A stretch of DNA of 64,000 nt. Origin: the human T2T-CHM13v2.0 reference genome, Homo sapiens. The notes below the pieces were generated by a model. It did not search any database, was not told the DNA's origin, and saw nothing but the letters and a program-made list of their open reading frames with translations. The stretch's first letter is position 1; every line of letters begins with the position of its first letter. This document shows positions 1 to 10,303 of the stretch, piece after piece. The position numbers and the translations under genes were made by a program. The DNA is taken from assembly GCF_009914755.1 (NCBI RefSeq), contig NC_060935.1, one strand, 5' to 3'.

Positions 1-720
1 TAAAATACTTACTATCTGGCCCTTTCCAGAAAAAAAAAGTTTACTGACTCCAGAGAACTTGACCAATCTCATTATTAATTCCTCCTTTCTTTGGGTGAAA
101 CTAGGAAGGGAATGGCAGAGAAATGAGCTCTCCTTTAAGGGTTCCCAGCCCCACTTCAACCTTCGTCTTGCCATTATACTGGCCTTGTAATTTTGAGAGT
201 AATTTTATATACATTATCTTGTTTATATCTTCTAGTTCTAGAAGATAGTAGAAGGTTATTAATTACTTTTTAATAGATGAGAACTGATGCTCAAAGAAGT
301 TCAGTGACTTTCTTGGGGTCTTATAGAACCTGGGCCAGAACACAGGTCTTCTGACTGCTACTTCAGCAGTCTTCCCTAAACTTTGCTACCAATCCATTCT
401 TTATTGTTCTCTCAAAAACAATTAAAAAAATAGAAATTTTAAATACTCAAGGCCATTACAGACATTCCGTACAGATATTGTAGGGAAGTAAGATTCTTAA
501 ATATATTTAACATTTGCTGAATGCTTTCTATGTACTAGACACTGTTCTGAGTATATTACATTTAATGCTCCAAGCAACTCAAGGAAATAGAAGAAGAAAA
601 TCTGTTGCCATCTTCTGTGGACCCTCATTCTGTCCTAGCCCCTCTGTTCCTATTGACTGAAAATCATTTTTTCCATAAAGGTGGACAGAAGACCATGTAG
701 CATGATGCATATATAGCACA

Positions 721-768
721 GGAGGATGGATGGGTGGGTGGATGGATGGATGGATGGATGATAGATGG
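721..768. repeat. (GGAT)n-type microsatellite
   Basis: ggatggatgggtgggtggatggatggatggatggatgatagatgg. Confidence 0.85.
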
Positions 769-868
769 TTGCAATAAACCTTTTCCTAAATTGAGTTGTG
801 TTGTTAACATATCATTATTGTACAGAAAAGTTAGTGAAATTATTACTGGTTTCTCCTGATCTCTGTAG

Positions 869-1020
869 ACCCAAAGAGCTCTCTGCAGGATCTTCTAAAA
901 CCTCAGACACTGCAGAAGGAAGAGTTGATAACTGTGCAACCCACTGACCTTTCTGCCAGGGAGTTTGTGGTTTACCAGTATGGCCTCTCCATCCTGCACC
1001 TCCTTATCCCCCAGCTTCAT
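869..1020 (+). pseudogene. exon A: (D)PKSSLQDLLKPQTLQKEELITVQPTDLSAREFVVYQYGLSILHLLIPQLH
   Basis: ctctgtAG acceptor 867-868 (alternative cAG 887-888); CAT|GTAAGT perfect donor at 1021. Confidence 0.72.
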
Positions 1021-1654
1021 GTAAGTCTTGTTTCTGGCCTCTCTATGGAGCAGTTACTCATGGAGCCTAGAAGGTCAGGGTAGCCAGGAAGAAGCCTTTG
1101 AGATGGCAGATATTCCCTAGGATTAAGCACCTGGAACAGCAAACTTTCTAGTCTCTCCTTTAAGGGGATTTATGGGAGTTATTTTACCAATCCAAAGTCT
1201 AATCTCTCGAATGATATTAATCACAGGTAGAATGAATTAGTCACTTTCTACATGCCAGAAAATATTCTAATAACTTCCATTAATTAACTCATGTAATCCT
1301 CAAAAAACCCTATGAGACAGATACTATTATTTTTCCTATTTTAAAATTGAGCAGAAGAGACACAGTGGTTACATAAACTTACCCAAGATCACACAGCCAA
1401 AAAGGCAGAGCCAAGGTTAAAATCTAGGCATCATGGCTCAAATCTCTCTAGTCTAGTCAAGTTCTATTTAGAAAAGTAGTAAATTGATTGTCATATTTAG
1501 CATAAATATTAAATATGCAGTTACTCTTTCCATTTTCCTGTATACTAAGCCTACTTACCCTGTTGCAATTTAAATTAATGCCCCAATGCATTTACTTCTC
1601 ATCAATTTGGCTGATGCCACGTAGCTGAGATGCATGAGAATTTTTTAGCAAAAG

Positions 1655-1812
1655 GATAGGTTTGGTTTTGTTTTTTATTCTTTTCAGGCTCCAGAAATCA
1701 CCCTGAAGATTTCTTCTCATCTTCCTGCCATGGAAGCCCAAGGCAGTGCCTTCCAAGGTGCCTTCTTCTACCAGGTGCTGCAAATTCATTCCCAGATGTG
1801 GGTTATAAAATT
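1655..1812 (-). CDS. BTG4: BTG4 distal alternative terminal exon (codes (R)IL-stop, giving the 223-aa isoform, plus a short 3' UTR)
   Basis: minus strand: pyrimidine tract ...gaccccAG|A ATT TTA TAA (stop 1805-1803); completes the known human BTG4 C-terminus HRLDRIL; AATAAA at 1679-1674; 3' end approximate. Confidence 0.8.
1688..1774 (+). pseudogene. exon B: APEITLKISSHLPAMEAQGSAFQGAFFYQ
   Basis: long T-rich tract then cAG 1686-1687; CAG|GTGCTG donor; 87 nt, phase 0/0. Confidence 0.72.
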
Positions 1813-2856
1813 CTGGGGTCCAGTATAGATAAATGAAAGCAAAAAGAACAAATTTTATAATTTTTTCCTAAAATCCTGACATACTTTATTCCCTCCTGGA
1901 AATAAGTCATTTAGCTAAGGCATAATAAATGTCACAGTGTAAGAGCTTTCTCTAATCAGTAAAATGAATATGTTCTGGCTTGTGCCCAGAGAAGCATAAT
2001 AGCTTGGTGCCCTTTAATAGATCTCTGTCATTATCAAAGCCAGAGGTTCCAGGCTGGTATTTCCTATAAGAGTCATGGTTCCAGCTTCAGAAAATCCTGG
2101 ACAATCAGCATCTTTCTACAGAAAAGGATCTAAATTGTTCCTGTCCTGGCAGTTCTTCAGATATGTAGATTGGAAGTGCCTTGCTGGTAACTGCCTTAAA
2201 CACTGATGACAGTCTATTGCTAAACAATTCTGAGAGGAGAAACTGCTCATCGATACTGGAGGGTTAGAAAAAGGTTTATACTTGATTAGTAGGTTGTTGG
2301 GGGGTTTAATAAAACCAGAAACTACTCACATATGGTACTCTCCACACATTTCACTTGATCCTCAAAGCAACTCGATGAAATAGACGAGAATTTAATCCCA
2401 TTTTATGGATGGGTAAACGAACTCAGGTTGTGGTGCAAGTGCCGTGTGCCAGGAACTCAGCCAGGTGCCTTACAGGCATGGTCTCATTTACGACTCACAA
2501 CACTATGGGGTACTTTTGTTATCTTTGTTTTAGAAATTAGGAAATTGAAGCCCAGAGAGGCTAAGTAACTTCCCCAAGATCACAGAGTTAGCAAGAGTTA
2601 AAACTCGAGCCCAGGTGTGTTTGACACCAAAAACTCATAACCATGAGTCTATGCAGCTGCCACTCACAGCTGAGTCAAAGGATAGATCTCAGATTGTCTG
2701 ATTCCAAACTACCTGAAGTTTTTTCATGCCAACCTACTGTCTCTTAAGAGAATGAACAAGAGAGTTACTTCAAATCAACAGGCAAGAGAGGCGATTTGAA
2801 AACTTGATTACAATAAAGGCATGGAAGATGAAGAAAGCCTTGAGAGCCCTCTAAGG

Positions 2857-3022
2857 CAGTGATTCTCAAACTGTGATCCTTAGACCTCCTGAACCAACCA
2901 CTTGGGGAACCTGGGAAAAATGGAAGCACATAGACCCCACAGATCCAGGAATTTGGGGATGGGTCTCGAGAACAGAATCACCCCCTTGTGATTCTTATTA
3001 CACAAAAGTTTGAAAACCACTG
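2857..3022. mobile_element. MER5-type hAT-Charlie MITE
   Basis: terminal inverted repeats cagtgattctcaaact ... agtttgaaaaccactg. Confidence 0.65.
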
Positions 3023-3328
3023 CTTAAGGAAACAGTGATTGGAGGATATTGACAAAAGAGATACACAAGTAACTCTGAATTTCTAAGTTTGTTTTCTGTT
3101 AGATGGAGGCAGTAGGAAAACTTGGGAGACAGTGGAGCAAATGACTTATTCAGAGAGTTGAACTCAAACAATTTTTCCCCGGTCATCTGAATCTTCCCTT
3201 CAGCAAATTTCCATTAGGGCCAGAGAGTATTGTTTTAGACCATGTGCCATAAACCCTGAGAAAGAAACGGGCGGTGGGAATGTTCCCAGGGGCGGACATC
3301 TCTGTGTTTGGGTGTTTTCTCCTCTCAC

Positions 3329-3475
3329 AGTGCTGAAAACACACTGTTCATTGGGAGAGAATGTTTGGCCTCTGTGGGAAGCTTTGTTCTGCTGCTGATC
3401 CGCTGCCTGGCCCACATCACTGCTGGGGAACCCCACCAGGACTCCAGCCCTGCCTTTCTGGGGTCATTTTACAAG
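3329..3475 (+). pseudogene. exon C: SAENTLFIGRECLASVGSFVLLLIRCLAHITAGEPHQDSSPAFLGSFYK (in-frame acceptor defective)
   Basis: part of ORF 3308-3520; pyrimidine tract ending ctctcAC|AGTGCT; AAG|GTATTT donor at 3476. Confidence 0.7.
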
Positions 3476-3917
3476 GTATTTATAACATGTACAGGGCATT
3501 TTGCTTCTCTTTCTCTGTGACTCAGACCCCGTTCCCCAGGAGAATAAATGCTTTAGGCTTTGCAACATTTCAAATCTACTTGAGTCCCCTTGTGGCCTTT
3601 GGTTCCTCCTGCCTGGCCAGGAAGAGGATTTTCCTAATCAGATTTCCCGTGGCAGCATATGACAAAATGCACGTACCACTGCTTCACAGAAGTGGTTTTC
3701 CTATGAGCACAGCATCTCAGCTTTCTGTGGCTGTTTAACAGTTCACACATAAACTGCACCAGAACTGCTAAAGACAATGATAACCCATGGTGAGGGCAAG
3801 TAAAGATGAGAACTCTCAAGCCCCATTTTTCTTTCAACTATTATTTTAAAGCTTTAATAGCAATTGTATAGAAGCCCTACTGATCTGTCCCCCTTGCCTT
3901 CTCTTCCCTTGACCAAG

Positions 3918-4115
3918 GGCCTGGAGGCCTATTTCAGGGAAGCATTCCCTATCACACTGAGAATGGCAGCAGTTTCCAGGGACAGTAAACTTGACCAAAG
4001 CATAAGTGCTATCCTGCTGGAAGAGCAGCCCATCTCTGACAGAGAAAGGGATCTTCTGTCTAAACTCATTGAAATGAAGCATGTATCTCCCTTGGAGCCA
4101 GAATCACTAGAAGAG
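3918..4115 (+). pseudogene. exon D: GLEAYFREAFPITLRMAAVSRDSKLDQSISAILLEEQPISDRERDLLSKLIEMKHVSPLEPESLEE
   Basis: part of ORF 3864-4151; strong pyrimidine tract then aAG 3916-3917; GAG|GTAACT donor; 198 nt. Confidence 0.72.
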
Positions 4116-4227
4116 GTAACTAACTTTATCATGTGTATCACATGGTCTTGACTAAAATGGACTTCTTCACAGAGTAAATGCCTCAGTGTATTCAGATATT
4201 TCTGACCTCAAGCCACATATGACAATA

Positions 4228-4516
4228 TTTTTTGTTTTGTTTTTGAGACAGGATCTCGCTCCGCTGCCCAGGCTGGAGTGCAGTGATGCCATTACAGCTG
4301 ACTGCAGCCTTGACCTGCTGAGCTTAAGCGATCCTCCCATCTCACCCTTCCAAACAGGTGCACACCACCATCCCGGCAAATTTTCATAATTTTTTGTAGA
4401 GACAGGGTTTTGTCAGGTTGCCCAGGCTGGTCTTGAATGCTTGGGCTCAAGCAATCCACCTGCCTCAGTGTTCCCAAAGTTCTGGGATTACAGGCATGAA
4501 CCATGGCACCTGGCCT
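4228..4516 (-). mobile_element. Alu (old, AluJ-like)
   Basis: antisense Alu consensus, T-rich tail, flanking atgacaata duplication. Confidence 0.9.
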
Positions 4517-4765
4517 CATGACAATAAAAATCCTATTCTACAGGGCAGACAGTAGTTACATGACTGAGTCATGAGGAGTACAAATGTGGGCTAACTTCAT
4601 GTCTCACTAATGTATTATCAATAATTAAGCAGAATCCCATCTGTAAAACTGTGACTCATACTAACTTTAGATGCCCAAGTGGCAGCATGTTTACCCAAAC
4701 TTATGGTGTGCTGTTTTCTGTGCAAGCTTGATAATGATATTCTTAATATCTTGTTAAAGCACTTT

Positions 4766-5101
<336 letters not shown>

Positions 5102-5479
5102 TTAACTATTAAAAATAAAAATCATAAAATTTAAGTCTATGATAAGAAAAATATCATCCTGCACTAAAGGTTAATTCATTCTTATGAACAAGAACATATC
5201 ATGTTTCAATATTTATATCAAACTATAATTTTCAAAGCCACTTTTATATATAGTGTCACTCGATCCACCCAGCAATCCTGCAAAGTAGGTAGTGTCTATA
5301 CTTTTAGCCACATTATTGAAAAAGAAGATAAGGAATTTGCCCAAAGTTATAAAGCTATTTGTAGTGGTGGATCTGAGACTAGATTCTAGATTTCCTGAAT
5401 CCTGCTAAGTAATTGTCCCGTACACATATCTCCATCATTGAATCTCTATTAGTTACTAAGGCAGATTTATTTTGTGGGT

Positions 5480-6990
5480 TTGATAATGATGTCGGTAATC
5501 CAGACCACAGAATTCTGTTGGACCCCAATTCCCACAAATCACAGAGAACAGTCCATTTTCTGTGCTCATCCATCAGCAGCATTTGACATATCTGACCATA
5601 TTCTCCTCCTTGACATATTTTTTTCATTTGGCTCCCAAGACACTGGCCTCCTCTGGTTTTCCTCCTTCTCTGATTGTTCCTTCTCAGTCTTCTTTGCTGA
5701 TCCCTGCTCTTTTCTCCGGCCTCTTAATGTTGGAGGGCCAGGACTCAGTCCCGTCCCCTTCTCCAGTCTATATTTTCTGCCCTTGAAGGTCTCTTCTAGT
5801 CTTCCAGCTTTAAATCTCATCTATATGTCAATGACCCTCAAATTTCTATCTTCAACCCCAATTCTCTAACCCATACCTCCAACTGTTTATTGGCCATCTC
5901 CACCTGACTGTTTCAAACTCAACATGTCCAAAACGCAATTTTTAATTTCTTTCCAAACCTGCTCCACTCAAAACCTTCCCCCATCTCAACTGATAGAAAC
6001 TGTTCTTCAGGTTTTTCAGGCCAAAGCATCCCTTGAAACTCATCTGTTACACACACCCACAACCAATCCATCAGGAAATCCTGTTGTTCTACTTTCAAAG
6101 CATATCTAGAATCCAACCACTGCTCATCAACTACAATACCACCCTTGTGAAAAGGCCACCATTGCCTCTTGCCCGGATTACTATAATCCTTACTAATGGC
6201 TTCCTCAAGTCCACCCTTGTTTCTCTTCAGCCTACTTGCAACACAGCAAAGTGATCCTTTCAAAATGGAAATTGGATCTGCTCAAAATCTGCTGTGTCTC
6301 CCCAATTTACTCAGAGCAAAAGCCAAATAATATTGTCATGAGGCCTTATATCTCACTCTCTTACCTACTACCCTTCCCCTCATTCACTCAACTCCAACCA
6401 CACTTTCCTCCTCACTGTTCTTCAAGCACTAGGGACACTTCTCTCGAGGGTTCCCTGTGCCTGGAATACTCTTTCCCCTAGGGCAGTGTTTCTCACCCAG
6501 GAGGAATTTTTGTCCCCCAGGGGATATTTGGCAATACCTGGAGATGTTTTTGATTGGCATGACTCAGGAGAAGGGGTTGCCACTGACAACTAGTGGGTAG
6601 AGGCCAGGGATGCTGCTAAACAGCCTACAGTGCATGGGACAGCTCCCAGAGCAAAGAGTTACTCATCCCAAAATAGTGCCAATCCTGGTCTACCCCTGAC
6701 TCCCTTACCTCCTTCTTATCTTGGTTCAAATATCACCTTCTCAATGAGGCCTTCCCTGACTATCCAATCTTAATTTGCAACTCTTTTCCCCCTACTCAGC
6801 AGCTTTCTCTTAAGTTTTCCTATATCCTTTCCTAACACACTACATAATTTACTTACACTTGTTATTACTTTCCTTCCTCAGCTGGAATGTAAGCTCCATG
6901 AGGGCAGAGAGATTTGTTTCATTTCCTGATGTAGGCCATGTGCCAGGCTCACAGTAGGCTTGAGATGTATTTACTGTGTTAATGAACAAG
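5480..6990 (+). mobile_element. L2 (LINE-2) 3' fragment interrupted by MER20
   Basis: C/T-rich L2-like sequence ending aatgtaagctccatgagggcagag...; boundaries approximate. Confidence 0.7.
6483..6680 (+). mobile_element. MER20 DNA transposon
   Basis: cagtgtttctca...cccccaggggatatttggcaatacctggagatgtttttg...gtagaggccagggatgctgctaaaca. Confidence 0.8.
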
Positions 6991-7431
6991 TAGATTTATA
7001 TGGGCCCTGATGCAATATACTGAAACCACAATCTACCTGAGCTAACTATAAGACAGATAATAGCAAACATTTATTACCTTGCCATGTGCTACATGCCATG
7101 TTATGATTGAGAGTTTTACATACATCATCTCACTTAATCTTCTCATGCTCTTATAAGGTGGAAGCCACTCTTATTCCTAACTTATGGATGAGGAAACCGA
7201 GGCCTAGAAGTGAAAAAAAAAAAAACACCAAACTTGCCTAAGACATAGCAATAGTTGTGGAGCTGGAATGTTAGTCCTCTGCTAACCACCCCCTATGAAG
7301 AGATATTGCTTTAATTTAAAAGCAAAATTGTACATAGTACTCTCAGGTCCACATTCTGGCTAACAAGATCCAAGGGCACTTAAAATAAATGGTAACAAGA
7401 GTATTAACTCTGTCTTCCACATTCTCTACAG

Positions 7432-7554
7432 TATATTCATAAAAACAAAGATCTTCTGCTCTTCACCAGTATGGAACATTTCCTAAAAAGCATCCTCGCT
7501 GCAGAACAACAAATCCTAAGAAAACCAAGAAATCAATTTGGGAGTGAAGATAAG
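7432..7554 (+). pseudogene. exon E: YIHKNKDLLLFTSMEHFLKSILAAEQQILRKPRNQFGSEDK
   Basis: ttctctacAG acceptor 7430-7431; AAG|GTGAGA donor; read-through gives VRYPYDQ-stop (7576-7578) with AATAAA at 7660. Confidence 0.65.
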
Positions 7555-8319
7555 GTGAGATACCCTTATGATCAATAGCATTAAGATAACAATTAGCTAT
7601 ATGCCAACTATTATTTATTATTGTGTTTGGACCATATTTATAATTGAACATGTCCACAGAATAAAAGGTTGGAAATGAGTGATGGTATGAATAAGTGGCA
7701 TCACTTCCTTTAAGAGCTTCTCCCACAACAACAGAGGGTGGATCTTATATTTCAGAAAGGATCCAAGAGAGCATAGAGCATTGGTCATCAGGGAAATTTA
7801 AAACTACATTGAGATACCACACACCAGAAAAATGAAAATAGTAAAAAAGTTGTAGTTTAAAGCATAGTTTATCCCTTTCCCTTTAGGCAGGTAACATATT
7901 AATCCTAGAGAGAAGGAACTGAGGATTAGACTTGCCCCCATTCATCAAGCTGGAGGAGAACAAAAAGTAGCTAGAACATGGGTCCACTGTCTTCTCATTC
8001 AGGGTTTCTTCCACTACACCACAAAGATACCAACTGCTGTTTTACAAAAGTTTATTTTTAATCCTAAGCATTTAAAATGTTGTATCTTTAAAAATCACAC
8101 GTTTTGGTTCCAAATCATCACTAATATTTTGTAAGGTCAATGGAAAATATTAGCAAAGAGAGAACCCCAAAGTCTTCATCTTCCCCATGCACAGTAGAGA
8201 CCTATCATGTCAAGATCAAGATCAGAAACTAGCAACCTAGAGAAATAACCAGGCACTGACTCCTCCTGGGCCCCAATCCACTTTATTTAAAGTTATTGCC
8301 AGTGTCTGGGATGAAAACT

Positions 8320-9200
8320 TTTAAACCTTTATTAAAATAACAGCTTTAAAAGTGAACAGATAATAAATTTATACCTCAACGAGTTGTCCAATGTGAATAC
8401 TCCCATATAACCAGCCCCAGATCAAGAAATAGAACATCACCAGTTCTTTAGAAGCAGCTTATGCCTCCTTCTAGTCACATGTTCCAAGATAGAGTAACCA
8501 CCATCCTGACTTCAAACATCATCAATAGTTTTCGCTTATTCATGAACTTCATATAAATGGAACCATAAGATATGAGTTACTTTATTGCTTATTTTGCTCC
8601 ACTTTCTGAGATTCATTCACATTGTGGGAGGTAGTTGTAGTTTGTTCATTCTCTTTGCTATAAACTATCCCACTGTGTAGATACATTACTACTTACTCAT
8701 TCAACTGTTGATGCATATGTGGGTATTTTCCAGTTTGGGATTATTACAAAACAGCCTTGCACACCTTCTGGTGATGATACATAACTATATTTAGCCAGGT
8801 ACATACTTAGGACTAGAAATCTTGGGTCTTAGGACATGGATATGTTCAGTGTTAGTAGATACTACCAACTAGAGTTCCAAACTATTTACTGCCAACAGTG
8901 AAGGTTCTGGTTGCTTTCCATTTCTATCAGCACTTAGTATTTTACATCTTTTTTACTGTTTTCATTTTTCTGGTGTGTGGTATCTCAATGTAGTTTTAAA
9001 TTTCCCAGATGACCAATGAAACTGAGTGTTTTTCATGTTGATATACCATTTAGATACCTTCTCTTGTAAAGTGCCTAATCCAGTCTTTTGCCCATTTTCC
9101 ATTAGATTGTGCCTATTTTTTTTCTTGCTGATTTGTAGGAATTATTTATTCTGCAACTATTTCCCCCATTTTGTGGACTGTCTTTATAAAACAACTATAT
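8320..9200 (-). mobile_element. ancient L1M 3' fragment
   Basis: antisense L1 3' end motifs (cttcatataaatggaacc..., ttttccagtttgggattattac, cttttgcccattttcc). Confidence 0.7.
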
Positions 9201-9875
9201 AATGTTTATTTTTTCCATTTTATTTTTAGATCTAGAAAGAAAATGGTAATCTCATTTCAGTCTGCATTATTAAAAGGTCTTAAATACATCACTACAACAT
9301 CTGATGAAGCTGATAAGAATTATTGGAAAATCTATAATATTCATGGTAAATCACATAAATGTGTATCATAGTTTTAAGTGTATATATAATAGGGGCTAAT
9401 ATTTGCCACAGAGGTTGAGGACCCCTGCTCACTGTGACTAAAATTTTCAGTGTGACTAAAAGATCATTAGATCACGTATCTTATTAAAATATGTATTAAA
9501 GATATTGACTAAAACTTTCTGGGAATGTAAAACTTGTATATGTCATTATTCAATCAGGCTAAGGTTGTCTATTACTGAATCACAAAGTAGATGGATATAT
9601 ATATATATAATATTTGGTGATCTAGAATGTGTACTTAAAATATAGGCCATGTCACACAAAATTCACTTTGGAGGCCCTGGTTGAAACACCACAAAGAGAT
9701 AAGCAGTCATCTGAAAGTGAAGTTTTGGAGTGCTGATCAGGAGATACAACACCATCACATGAATTTAGGTTAAAAAAAATCCAGATACAAACTTCAACTC
9801 AAAAGCTGCTCAGATTACAAAGCCAATGCTTGAAATTCAAACTGCTTCTCACATGGATAATTCTGTATCATGCCC

Positions 9876-10241
9876 TGTATTTATCTGTTCTCATGCTGCT
9901 AATAAAGACATGCTTCAGACTGGGTAATTTATAAAGGAAAGAGGTTTAATTGACTCACAGTCCCACATGGCTGGGGAGACCTCACAACCATGGCTGAAGG
10001 CAAATGAGGAGCAAAGTCACATCTTACATGGCAGCAGGCAAGAGAGCTTGTGCAGCGGAACTCCCATTTATAAAACCATCAGATCTTGTGAGACTTATTC
10101 ACCACCACAAGAACAGTATGGGGGAAACCACCCCCCATGATTCAATCACCTCCACTCGACCCCAAGGAAGGATCTCTTAACACATAGGGATTACTACAAT
10201 TCAAGGTGAGATTTGGGTGGGGACACAGCCAAACCATATCA
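9876..10241 (-). mobile_element. THE1/MST-type MaLR solo LTR
   Basis: reverse complement starts TGATATGGTTTGGCTGTGTCCCCACCCAAATCTCA; TG...CA termini; flanks tgccc/tgcac resemble a 5-bp TSD. Confidence 0.88.
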
Positions 10242-10266
10242 TGCACCAAGAGAAGTACCAGAATAG

Positions 10267-10268
<2 letters not shown>

Positions 10269-10300
<32 letters not shown>
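10269..10300. repeat. (CA)n microsatellite
   Basis: ~16 CA units. Confidence 0.95.

Positions 10301-10303
<3 letters not shown>

Noticed and set aside
2854-2861. Second AGGCAGTG match (miR-34 site on the minus strand)
   Set aside because: Intronic for BTG4 and part of a MER5-type terminal repeat
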